From: Gammaproteobacteria bacterium
GTDB lineage: Bacteria > Pseudomonadota > Gammaproteobacteria > UBA4575
NCBI GenBank assembly: GCA_965221955.1
Contig: CBDCTA010000008.1
Location: 1-18,721 of the forward strand
Reading direction: 5' to 3'
DNA length: 18,721 nt
Every line of letters starts with the position of its first letter. Position 1 is the stretch's first letter. Below the pieces are notes generated by a model. The model was given only the letters and a program-made list of their open reading frames with translations. It was not told where the DNA came from and did no database searches. A program made the translations under genes and the position numbers. Positions 7,697-16,978 of the stretch are shown here, piece by piece.

Positions 7697-8149
7697 TTAA
7701 GATACTAACCAGTCTTTATACTGTTGTTTTATTTCCTCAACCATGTCTGGTAATGGCTGGCTGGTAGAAATGTTAAATGACTCTCCAAAATGATGTTTAA
7801 GCTGCATTTGAATCTCATGCGCATCTAATGCGAAACAGCTCTCAAGGCTTTCTCCTGATCGTTTTGGATTAGGTTGGTATTTTGGGTCAGGCTGTACAAT
7901 ATTAAACAAGCACTGAATCTCACGTTTATATTGGTTTGCCCGTACTTTACGTATTTCCTCTTCGATTTTATCCTGCATCGGATCATCCGAGGGAAACCAT
8001 TTAATTAGAATCTTTCCTATAACGGCAGTCACCGCCGCTGCAATTAAAATTAATAAGTAACCAGATTCAAACTGATACTCTTCAAATACAAACAATAATC
8101 CTATTGTCGTTACTAAGAATATAGTTGCATAAACAAGTACTGGATGCAT
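7697..8149 (-). CDS. Hypothetical protein with two N-terminal TM helices and a soluble C-terminal domain
   Basis: 150-aa ORF filling the space convergent with the 7264 gene. Confidence 0.7.
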   Translation of the reverse strand: MHPVLVYATIFLVTTIGLLFVFEEYQFESGYLLILIAAAVTAVIGKILIKWFPSDDPMQDKIEEEIRKVRANQYKREIQCLFNIVQPDPKYQPNPKRSGESLESCFALDAHEIQMQLKHHFGESFNISTSQPLPDMVEEIKQQYKDWLVS

Positions 8150-8240
8150 AGGTGCTCAAAACGTCTTCCACTTCTGTAGGAAGATAGAAAATACTATAAG
8201 TTGAAGTCCAGTTAGACCGTACTTCTACTTAATGTAATCT

Positions 8241-8789
8241 TCAAGCAGCTTTTGCAGAAATGTACCCAGGCTTTCCATTTATTGTAGCGCTACCTGAGAC
8301 TGGAATTGGTCTTACTAAAGTATCCAATATTGGACATTGCGCCTCTACCGCATCCACTAATTGCTTTATTTCTTCTTCGCTTGCTGGGCTTTCAATAATC
8401 GTTTCAAACGAAAGGTCCTGAAAGCCAGGCGGAATTCCTTTATCTGCACCCATTCCAAACAATCCATGTAAATCTAAATTACCTTCAAGCTTGACTTTTA
8501 AAGAGGTCAATTCAATTTCCATCGCCGATGCTAGCGCAGCATACATAATACCTTGACATGTCCCTAATGCTGTAAGAATTAAATCACCTGGGCTTTGCGC
8601 AGCATCTCCACCACCAAATGCTTCTGGCTCGTCTACAGGAACAGGAGGTAGATTACGTACACGCGATGTGCAATGTACATCACCATCCCAATTCACTTCG
8701 GCTCGATATTTTAGTCTTGCGGTTTTCGGATCATTAGTAATAGCCGTTGCTAAATTATCAACCGCTGTTTTTACAGTTGCTTGTGACAT
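8241..8789 (-). CDS. OsmC/Ohr family protein
   Basis: VDEPEAFGGGDAAQSPGDLILTALGTC and VEAQCPILDTL carry the two family Cys; GNLDLHGLFG...PPGFQ; strong RBS AGGAGG. Confidence 0.92.
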   Translation of the reverse strand: MSQATVKTAVDNLATAITNDPKTARLKYRAEVNWDGDVHCTSRVRNLPPVPVDEPEAFGGGDAAQSPGDLILTALGTCQGIMYAALASAMEIELTSLKVKLEGNLDLHGLFGMGADKGIPPGFQDLSFETIIESPASEEEIKQLVDAVEAQCPILDTLVRPIPVSGSATINGKPGYISAKAA

Positions 8790-8970
8790 GTTGTCCCTCC
8801 TATAAATTTTGTTATTGATAAATCGGTATGGAGCTTGGTTTTATTTTCTCATTTCAACATGCAATTATAGCGCTTGAAATAACAAACAATTGGTTTATTT
8901 CTAACACTGAGGCATATAAATTACTGATGGGTACTATTAAGGAACCTAAAATGCACAATTATTAGTCAAG

Positions 8971-9696
8971 ATGTTAACGCTTTATCAATTCCCTATTTCA
9001 CATTACTGCGAAAAAGCTCGCTGGGCATTGGAGTATAAAAACATTAAGTATAAAAAAGTTAATTTACTTCCAGGACTACACATCAAAAAAGCTAAGAGAC
9101 TTACTACGAAACCTTTTTTACCAATTCTTGTTCATGATAAGAAGATAATCTATGAATCCAGCGAAATCATTAACTATCTAGATCAAACTTTTCCCGAAAA
9201 CCCCCTAACCCCACAAGATGAAAAACTAAAACGAGAAGCACTTGAATGGGAACATTTTGCTGATGAAAAATTGGGCCCTGATGTTCGCCGCCTTTGCTAT
9301 CACACCTTGCTTAACCATCAAAATATGATCACTTCTTATTTCACTGAAGGTGGACCTTGGTATGGAAAACTATATATGAAAATAACGTTTCCTAAATTAT
9401 CTCAAACCATGCGTAAATTTATGAAGCTTGATGATGCTGCAATTGCAAAAACCAAGCAAAGACTTTCTCAAACAATTGATAAGGCACACTTACACATCAA
9501 AGATAGAGAATATTTTGTTGACAATAGTTTCTCTCGCGCAGACCTTGCCGTTGCCTCATTATTGGCTCCTTTATGCAGAACAAAAGACTATGGCATAAGC
9601 TGGCCAGACCAATACCCTGAGCCATTACATAGCACTATTAGGGAATATGGAGATAAATTAGATTGGGTTACACATATGTATAATCAGCACCGATGA
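8971..9696 (+). CDS. Glutathione S-transferase family protein
   Basis: LYQFPISHYCEKARWAL, LPIL, YESSEIINYLD (GST N domain); YFVDNSFSRADLAVASLL (GST C domain). Confidence 0.9.
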   Translation: MLTLYQFPISHYCEKARWALEYKNIKYKKVNLLPGLHIKKAKRLTTKPFLPILVHDKKIIYESSEIINYLDQTFPENPLTPQDEKLKREALEWEHFADEKLGPDVRRLCYHTLLNHQNMITSYFTEGGPWYGKLYMKITFPKLSQTMRKFMKLDDAAIAKTKQRLSQTIDKAHLHIKDREYFVDNSFSRADLAVASLLAPLCRTKDYGISWPDQYPEPLHSTIREYGDKLDWVTHMYNQHR

Positions 9697-10262
9697 AACG
9701 CTGTGAATGGGCGAATGCCAGCCCCCTTGAACAACAATACCACGATGAAGAATGGGGTGTACCGCTCCATGATGAGCGCTTATTATTTGAATTTTTAATT
9801 TTAGAGGGTGCGCAAGCAGGTTTAAGTTGGTCTACCATATTAAATAAACGCGAGGGTTATCGAAAAGCCTTCGATAATTTTGAGATCATCAAAGTTGCGC
9901 ATTACAACACAAAGAAAATAGACAAGCTCTTAAACAATCCTGAAATTATAAGAAATAAACTTAAAGTAAATGCAGCAGTAACCAATGCGAAAGCATTTAT
10001 TGAGATACAGAATGAATTCTCCTCTTTTGACCATTACATATGGCAATTTGTAAATCATGCCCCAATTCATAATACTTGGCGAAATATGTCACAAGTCCCT
10101 GCGAATACAACAGAATCGGACGCTATGAGTAAAGACTTAAAAAGGAGAGGTTTTAAGTTCGTTGGCACTACGATTTGTTATGCCTTTATGCAAGCTACAG
10201 GCATGGTCAACGATCATACTACAGACTGTTTTCGACACCATGAAATAAAAGGACATCAATAA
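9693..10262 (+). CDS. tag: DNA-3-methyladenine glycosylase I
   Basis: RCEW, YHDEEWGVP, LFEFLILEGAQAGLSW, IIRNKLK, GFKFVG, MQATGMVNDH...C; ATGA overlap with the GST gene. Confidence 0.97.
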   Translation: MKRCEWANASPLEQQYHDEEWGVPLHDERLLFEFLILEGAQAGLSWSTILNKREGYRKAFDNFEIIKVAHYNTKKIDKLLNNPEIIRNKLKVNAAVTNAKAFIEIQNEFSSFDHYIWQFVNHAPIHNTWRNMSQVPANTTESDAMSKDLKRRGFKFVGTTICYAFMQATGMVNDHTTDCFRHHEIKGHQ

Positions 10263-10263
10263 A

Positions 10264-10581
10264 ATGTCACTCACTATGGCATTACGCATAGTAGCTACTG
10301 TTTTGATCGTTGCGGTTGCCTTGCAATTCTTTTTTTACCAGCAGCTGTTAATTAAAACGATCGTAGTCGCTCATGTACTATTTTTTCTAAGCTTATTTAG
10401 CGACCGACACACACAAAGAATTGCTACCGTAACTTTAGCCTTATCAGTGGTAGTACCCATAGGAGCGTGGCGCATGGTAGAAAAAGGCAACGCTACGCAA
10501 GAGTTTTTTATTATAAATTTGATAATATTTATGTATATGGCATACGTAGCCTTTATCACTCTCAGATCAAATGAAAAATAA
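10264..10581 (+). CDS. Hypothetical small membrane protein (about 4 TM)
   Basis: 105-aa hydrophobic ORF, 1 nt after tag and overlapping the next gene. Confidence 0.7.
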   Translation: MSLTMALRIVATVLIVAVALQFFFYQQLLIKTIVVAHVLFFLSLFSDRHTQRIATVTLALSVVVPIGAWRMVEKGNATQEFFIINLIIFMYMAYVAFITLRSNEK

Positions 10582-10924
10582 AATTCTTTTCACACTTCTA
10601 TTTACAGCACTATTACTTTTCGCGCTCGATCGTACAACTGCTTACATTTATCAACCCAAGCCAGACTCAAAAGAAGTTATCCTATACACAACGGACTGGT
10701 GTCCTTACTGCAATAGCTTACGCATACATTTAGAAAATAACGACATCCCCTACACCAAACGCGATATCGAAAAATCGATCTCAGGCATAGCCGGTTTCTG
10801 GGCGCTACGTGCTAGAGGCGTTCCAGTCTCAGTTGTCGGCCCAAAGGTAGTATATGGTTATGATATCAATAAAATAAGCGAACAATTAACTTCACTAGGA
10901 TATGACTTAAAACTTACTGAGTAA
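10571..10924 (+). CDS. Glutaredoxin/NrdH-like protein with N-terminal signal or anchor
   Basis: Hydrophobic N-terminus, VILYTTDWCPYC, RDIEKS, RGVPV...GY. Confidence 0.88.
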   Translation: MKNKILFTLLFTALLLFALDRTTAYIYQPKPDSKEVILYTTDWCPYCNSLRIHLENNDIPYTKRDIEKSISGIAGFWALRARGVPVSVVGPKVVYGYDINKISEQLTSLGYDLKLTE

Positions 10925-10937
10925 GTTGTCACGCTAA

Positions 10938-11456
10938 ATGACCTCTATTGTAATTACTCTCATCTTCTGCATTTCGTTTGTTTGGGGAATCATCATCTAC
11001 AACAAACTTGTGCATGATAAAAATACTTCTTTGGCTGCATGGAGCGATATCGATGTACAACTTAAACGCCGACATGACTTAATTCCAAAACTCGTTGATG
11101 CAGTTAAGCAATATGCAAACTATGAAAGTAGCTTATTACAAACTGTAACTGAGCTACGCTCACAAGCAAAAACGATCGATAAAATCTCTGAACGAGAGAA
11201 TGTCGAGCGCGAATTACAAACACAAGTACATAAACTTATCGCTGTGGCTGAGAATTATCCTGAACTGAAAGCCAATCAAAACTTTCTTGAGTTACAAAGA
11301 GATATCTCAGATGTCGAAAATCATATTCAATATGCAAGACGTTATTACAATGGTGCAGTACGCAATATTAATACTCGTATTGACTCTTTTCCTGACCTCA
11401 TCATTGCTCGATTTTTTAATTATCGTTACCACGAATATTTTCAGCTAGATGATTAA
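10938..11456 (+). CDS. lemA: LemA family protein
   Basis: N-terminal TM helix, AWSDIDVQLKRRHDLIPKLV, AENYPELKANQNFLELQ, ARRYYNGAV, FPDLIIA. Confidence 0.95.
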   Translation: MTSIVITLIFCISFVWGIIIYNKLVHDKNTSLAAWSDIDVQLKRRHDLIPKLVDAVKQYANYESSLLQTVTELRSQAKTIDKISERENVERELQTQVHKLIAVAENYPELKANQNFLELQRDISDVENHIQYARRYYNGAVRNINTRIDSFPDLIIARFFNYRYHEYFQLDD

Positions 11457-13390
11457 TACTAGATTTATATTCCGCCATATTGGCTTGCTTTTCATTGCAA
11501 GCTGTTTATTTTTTTCAGCATATACTCACTCTGCAGAAGAAATCATATTATTTGATAGTAATATTCATGTTCTCGAAGACTCTTCTATGTCAGTGACTGA
11601 AAAAATTACTGTGCGCGCAAAAAACTATAAAATTAAACGAGGCATTTATAGAGACTTCCCAACCAAATACAACGGTAAGCTTGGCAATAAAATCAAAGTT
11701 GGTTTTGAAATCATCGAAGTACTTAGAAACGGGCATTCAGAACCCTACCACACAAAAAAAATGAGCAACGGAATACGCATCTATATTGGTGATAAAAATC
11801 GCTACATCAATAATGGTGAGCATACTTACACAATCAAATATAAAACCAATCAACAGCTGGGTTACTTTGATTCGCATGATGAACTGTATTGGAATGTAAC
11901 CGGGAATGGCTGGGACTTTCCAATACTAGAAGTGAATGCTAGCGTACACCTTCCCGCTACAATTCCCCCTAATGAAGTTAAACGTGAAGCCTATACTGGA
12001 GTTATGGGAAGCAAAGGCCAAAGCTACAATACTGATATAGGCTATTCAGGGAATTATTTATTCACGACAAGCCGTACACTTTCCAGCAAGGAAGGTTTAA
12101 CCATCGTAGTTGCCTGGCCCAAAGGCCATATCTCTCAACCCAGTTTCACGCAAAAATTTAAATGGTGGATCAGTGCAAATATTGACAACCCGTTAACTAT
12201 TTTTGGATTTTTTGCATTATTGGGTTTCTATTTGCTCTCCTGGTGGCAAGTAGGTAGAGATCCAAAACCTGGAGTGATCATCCCTCACTATCAACCACCT
12301 GATTCCTTTCCTCCGGGCGCCATGCGCTATATAAATGAAATGGGCCATGACAAAAAAGTGTTTACTGCGGCTCTACTGAACTTAGCCGTGAAAGGCTTTA
12401 TTAAAATTAATAATTCAGGCGAGAACTATGAATTAGAAAAGCTAAAGAAACCGAATATAAAACTACCCATCGGCGAACATGTTGTTTTATCAAATCTTTT
12501 CAAAGTATACGGCCAGAAACTAGTTTTAAAAAATAAAAATCATACTTTAATTTCTTCAGCTATTAGCGAACACAAGAAAGCACTGAAACAAGAATATAGC
12601 CAAAGTTATTTTATACATAACAAGAAATTTTTATTTTTTGGCATTGCAATTACAATACTGCTAGCCATACGACATCTTTACGACAATTCCAAACACTGCG
12701 GAACCTGGTGCAGCTTTGTTTCTTGTATTTTGGTTATCCATTTGGACACCTGTGACAGGGTATCTTGTATATGCATGGTATCAAGCTTTGCTCAGAAAAC
12801 TCTCTGGTGAAGAAGCAAAAGATCTTGGCGTTACTTCTTTGTTTGCGGGAGTTTGGTCTTTTTTTGAAGTCGGTGCATTAATTGGCTTAGCCACAATGAC
12901 AGGCATTGCAAATGCAATACTTATCGCTATGCTATTTACTGTAAACATCGTGTTTTACTATTTACTTAAGAAACCCACTTTGAAAGGCAGAAAACTCTTA
13001 GACAAAGTTGAAGGATTCAAAAAATATCTTGAAGTTGCTGAACAAGAAGAGCTGGACTTAAAATATCCACCCAGAAAAACACCCAAACTTTTTGAAACCT
13101 ATCTCCCTTACGCGCTTGCATTGGGTGTTGAGAACCAATGGGCCGAACAGTTTACCGATGTATTCAATACCAGCGAGGATGGTAAAAACTATCAACCAAC
13201 ATGGTATAGCGGAAACGATTGGAATACGCATGATTTATCTAGATTTACAAATTCAATGGGCAGCTCATTAAGTTCGGCAATTTCTTCATCATCCACAGCA
13301 CCTGGTTCATCTTCTGGAAGTAGCGGCTTTGGCGGTGGTGGCGGCTTTTCTGGCGGCGGCGGCGGCGGAGGCGGAGGTGGAGGCTGGTAA
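11449..13390 (+). pseudogene. DUF2207 family membrane protein split by an apparent +1 frameshift near 12665-12700 (probably sequencing error)
   Basis: ORF 11449..12810 has the N-terminal part (IKRGIYRDFP, HDELYWNVTGNGWDFPI, GRDP). ORF 12716..13390 has the C-terminal part (GRKLLDKVEGFKKYL, FETYLPYALALGVENQW, GGGFSGGGGGGGGGGGW). The second frame is open from 12665; removing one base gives about 646 aa. Confidence 0.85.
13324..13387 (+). repeat. GGN (poly-Gly) coding repeat at the DUF2207 C-terminus
   Basis: Run of ggc/ggt/gga codons encoding GFGGGGGFSGGGGGGGGGGGW, the typical family tail. Confidence 0.8.
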
Positions 13391-13405
13391 ACGCCTTACT
13401 CTATT

Positions 13406-14380
13406 ATGAATACAGACCCTCGCCTAGCCAGGATGCATGGCTGGCTAAAAGAAAACTTTGGTGATATTCAATACACGCTTGAACCGGTTTCTGGCGATGC
13501 AAGTTTCCGGCGTTATTTTCGATTCAAAAATAAAGACCAGCAGTTTATTGCCGTCGACTCTCCTCCAGAAAAAGAAAGTAATGAGGCATTCGTAAAGGTT
13601 ACTCATTTATTAGCTGCAGAAGGGCTGCCGGTACCACATATTTATTATAGCTCACTAGATTTTGGTTTTTTTCTATTAAGTGATTTTGGAGATGACTTAT
13701 TACTCAATCGCTTAAATGAAAGTAATGTTGATGATTTATACAAAAAAGCACTCGATGCACTGGTTGTTATTCAGCAAACCACTCCTTCAAGTTTGCCGTT
13801 ATATGATAAAAAACTATTACTGCAAGAAATGGAATTATTTAGAGAGTGGTTTATCACTCAACACCTTGCATTAGAGCCCTCTAGTAATGAAAATGAAATA
13901 TTCGATACTGTTTTTCAGATTCTTATAAACAATGCACTCGAGCAGCCTCAAGTATTTGTACACCGCGATTATCATTCACGCAATCTCATGAATATTGATG
14001 GTAACTATCCTGGAATTATCGATTATCAAGACGCGGTAAGGGGGCCAGTGACCTATGATTTAGTGTCTTTACTCCGAGATTGCTACATCTCCTGGCCTGA
14101 AGAAAAAGTAAATAGCTTTGCCTTACAGTTTCATAAAAACTTAGTTGCAACAGAAATACTCAAAGATATCGATGAAGATACCTTTATAAAATGGTTTGAC
14201 TTGATGGGCATACAACGACACCTAAAGGCTATTGGCATATTTTCTCGCTTAAACATTCGCGACAACAAACCAAATTACTTAGATGATATTCCTCGCACAC
14301 TAGGCTACATTAAATCCATTGCAAAAAACTATCCTGAAACAAAACCACTTGCAGATTTTTTAAACAAAGTAGCCTTTTAA
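13406..14380 (+). CDS. amgK: Anomeric MurNAc/GlcNAc kinase (APH-like phosphotransferase)
   Basis: SGDASFRRYFR, VHRDYHSRNLM, IIDYQDA..GP..YDLVSLLRD, MGIQRHLKAIGIFSRL; directly upstream of a murU-like gene. Confidence 0.9.
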   Translation: MNTDPRLARMHGWLKENFGDIQYTLEPVSGDASFRRYFRFKNKDQQFIAVDSPPEKESNEAFVKVTHLLAAEGLPVPHIYYSSLDFGFFLLSDFGDDLLLNRLNESNVDDLYKKALDALVVIQQTTPSSLPLYDKKLLLQEMELFREWFITQHLALEPSSNENEIFDTVFQILINNALEQPQVFVHRDYHSRNLMNIDGNYPGIIDYQDAVRGPVTYDLVSLLRDCYISWPEEKVNSFALQFHKNLVATEILKDIDEDTFIKWFDLMGIQRHLKAIGIFSRLNIRDNKPNYLDDIPRTLGYIKSIAKNYPETKPLADFLNKVAF

Positions 14381-14385
14381 AAATA

Positions 14386-14530
14386 GGAAAGCATTGATTT
14401 ATTAACGCAGTGGTTGATATTAGGCAAAAATGATGAAAAGTGTGAGATGTATTAATATATACATGAGCACTTTGGAATTATTTTCCATAATAATTTTTTA
14501 GGGACATATCAGGATAAATCAGAGCTTTCC
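14386..14530. mobile_element. 145-bp palindromic element with 17-bp imperfect terminal inverted repeats (MITE-like)
   Basis: GGAAAGCATTGATTTAT (14386-14402) and ATAAATCAGAGCTTTCC (14514-14530) are 15/17 complementary. Nested inner pairs: TGATAT/ATATCA, AAAGTG/CACTTT, ATGTAT/ATACAT. No ORF and no clear target duplication. Confidence 0.68.
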
Positions 14531-14533
14531 ACA

Positions 14534-15202
14534 ATGAAGTGTATGTTACTCGCAGCTGGCATAGGTGAACGCTTACGCCCCATCACAGATAAAATCCCTA
14601 AACCGCTAGTCAAAATCGCGGGTAAACCTCTAATTGAACATCATCTTGAAAATTTAAAGTCCGCCGGTTTTAAAGAAGTCATCATCAATCTCTCACACTT
14701 AGGGGAGATGATTGAAAACCATCTAGGTGATGGTTCTGACTTTGGTCTACATATCGAGTACTCATACGAAGGAGAGACACCACTAGAAACAGCAGGCGGC
14801 ATAATCAAAGCCTTACCAAAACTAGGCAACCAACCTTTTTTAGTCTTAAACGCTGACATTTGGTGCAATCACTCACTGTCGTTCGCCAGACTATCCAACG
14901 ACAAACTTGCACATTTAGTCTTGGTGGATAACCCTGAACATAATGCTGATGGCGACTTCGCTTACGAATTTGGAAAGATTTATAATAATGGAAAAAATTC
15001 CCTAACCTACAGTGGTATAGGTGTATACGATCCTAAGCTGTTTAAAGATCTTACAGCTGAAAAATTAGCCTTGGCACCTATTCTACGCAATGCAATTGAA
15101 AAACAACTCATTAGCGCAGAATATTTTACTGGCAAATGGTTTGATATTGGCACACCAGACCGATTGGAAGATGCAGACAGCTATGTGTCTAAAGTTATTT
15201 AG
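14534..15202 (+). CDS. murU: N-acetylmuramate alpha-1-phosphate uridylyltransferase
   Basis: MLLAAGIGERLRPITDKIPKPLV, LETAGGI, LAHLVLVDNPEHN..GDF, LTYSGIG, WFDIGTPDRL; 222 aa, follows amgK. Confidence 0.92.
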   Translation: MKCMLLAAGIGERLRPITDKIPKPLVKIAGKPLIEHHLENLKSAGFKEVIINLSHLGEMIENHLGDGSDFGLHIEYSYEGETPLETAGGIIKALPKLGNQPFLVLNADIWCNHSLSFARLSNDKLAHLVLVDNPEHNADGDFAYEFGKIYNNGKNSLTYSGIGVYDPKLFKDLTAEKLALAPILRNAIEKQLISAEYFTGKWFDIGTPDRLEDADSYVSKVI

Positions 15203-15211
15203 CTATATAAA

Positions 15212-15976
15212 CTAAGTACCAATATATTTATACCAAAACTTAGCAAGATGCTCGCGTACTGAAATTCTTGTTCGCTTGAGTGCATTCGCGCTTGGTGTGT
15301 AGTCATACAACTCTGGAATCGTTGCACCACGCTTCATAAATACTGTTGGTGCTGCATGCGGCTCAAGTCCAACTTCTTCGAAACTCCACATCGCTCTAGG
15401 CATATGATAAGCATGAGTAATTAGCAAGAATTTAGAAATTGAATTTTCTTTTAATATTTTTTTAGCAAGCTTAGCGTTCTCAAAAGTATTTTTGCTTTCC
15501 TCTTCTAACCATGTGGCTTGCACTCCAAAATCCGTCTTTAATACATGTTGCATTAATTCAGCTTCTGAATCGTGTTCTTGATTGACACTTCCTCCAACCA
15601 ACATAACCGGAAGCTGATATATTTTTGAAAGTCTTGAGGCATAACGCAAACGCTCCAACGAAGCTGCATTCACTGTGTCAAGATTTGTATATTCTCGAGC
15701 AATAGGAATTCGTCCACCTGAAAGCACTACAATTGCCTGAATACCTTCTGGTACCTCCTTTAGCACTTCATATTGATATTGTAATGGGTCCATTAATTTG
15801 CGTGCAATGAATGGAGTACTGGCAAAATACAACAATACTGATGCAAGTACGATGCAAAATGCCGCCGTTTTACGTAGCCGTATTAACCAAAAAAATAAAC
15901 CTATTGCTAATAGCAGAATAAACCCTGATGGGGGCAATAGAAATTCACTAAGAGTGCGTAAGCTGTCTGAATTCAT
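15212..15976 (-). CDS. YdcF/ElyC/SanA-like (DUF218) membrane-anchored protein
   Basis: Two N-terminal TM helices, AIVVLSGG, ERL, SEAELM, EEESKNTFENA, LITHAYHMPRA, RE near the C-terminus. Confidence 0.9.
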   Translation of the reverse strand: MNSDSLRTLSEFLLPPSGFILLLAIGLFFWLIRLRKTAAFCIVLASVLLYFASTPFIARKLMDPLQYQYEVLKEVPEGIQAIVVLSGGRIPIAREYTNLDTVNAASLERLRYASRLSKIYQLPVMLVGGSVNQEHDSEAELMQHVLKTDFGVQATWLEEESKNTFENAKLAKKILKENSISKFLLITHAYHMPRAMWSFEEVGLEPHAAPTVFMKRGATIPELYDYTPSANALKRTRISVREHLAKFWYKYIGT

Positions 15977-15985
15977 TATATAAGA

Positions 15986-16964
15986 TTAACTGATTGTGTG
16001 CTGTGCTTGAAGATCTGCATGATAAGAAGAGCGCACTAATGGACCACTGGCGACATGCTCAAAGCCCAACTCATCTCCAATGTTCTTCAATACAACAAAT
16101 TCTTCAGGAGGCAGATAACGATGTACGGGTAAATGGTGCGCACTAGGCTGCAAATATTGTCCTAAAGTAAGCATATCGACTTCATGCGCGCGCAGATCCT
16201 TCATAACCTCCACCACCTCATTAATTTCCTCCCCTAAACCTAGCATGAGTCCAGATTTGCAAGGCACTTCAGGCATATACTGTTTATGTTGCTGCAACAG
16301 TTGCAAAGAATGTTGATAATCCGCACCGGGCCTCGCGGCTGGATACAAACGCGGTACTGTTTCAAGATTATGATTAAAAACATCTGCAGGACTGGTACTT
16401 AAAATCTGCAAAGCTTTGTCTAACCTGCCGCGAAAATCCGGCACTAACACTTCGATTTTAATATCTTTACATTGCTCACGTAACTTTTGAATACAACGAA
16501 CAAAATGTTTGGCACCCCCGTCTTTCAAATCATCACGATCCACTGATGTTACAACAACATAGTTCAAACCAAGCTTAGATACTGTCTCGGCCAAATGCGA
16601 TGGCTCATGCTTCATCTAATGCTAAGGGTCGACCATGTGCCACATCGCAAAATGAACATCGCCGAGTGCAAACATCACCCATAATCATAAAGGTTGCTGT
16701 ACCATTACCAAAGCACTCGGTTAAATTTGGGCATGCCGCTTCTTCACAAACTGTATGTAGTTTTTGCTGACGTAATAAATTTTTAAGCTCTCTAACTTCA
16801 GATGTGGTAGGTGCTTTAACACGCAACCATTTAGGTTTAGGAACATATTCTTGCTTCACTTCAACAGAAATTGGGATTTTAGTTACTTTCTCGTGTCCCC
16901 GCTGCTTGACACCAAGCTTAGCTACATGAGAAGCAAAAGATTTGTTTTCGACTTTACGTGTCAT
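15986..16964 (-). pseudogene. lipA: Lipoyl synthase split by an apparent +1 frameshift near 16608-16615 (probably sequencing error)
   Basis: ORF 16605..16964 has [12 protein letters not shown] (CX4CX5C) and CTRRCSFC (CX3CX2C). ORF 15986..16615 has [38 protein letters not shown]. Removing one base gives 325 aa. Confidence 0.93.
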
Positions 16965-16978
16965 GAATACGAATTTAA

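Noticed and set aside
8241-8789. Possible selenocysteine recoding in the OsmC protein
   Set aside because: Both catalytic positions are ordinary Cys codons and there is no in-frame TGA.
10371-10559. 62-aa minus-strand ORF
   Set aside because: Antisense to an operon-embedded membrane gene.
12670-12810. Cys-rich C-terminus of ORF 11449..12810 as a metal-binding motif
   Set aside because: It is out-of-frame translation after the frameshift.
13324-13387. GC-rich GGC repeat as a contingency locus or foreign DNA
   Set aside because: Explained by the normal poly-Gly tail of DUF2207 proteins.
14641-15983. ORFs 14641..14868 (-) and 15798..15983 (+)
   Set aside because: Antisense shadows of murU and the DUF218 gene.
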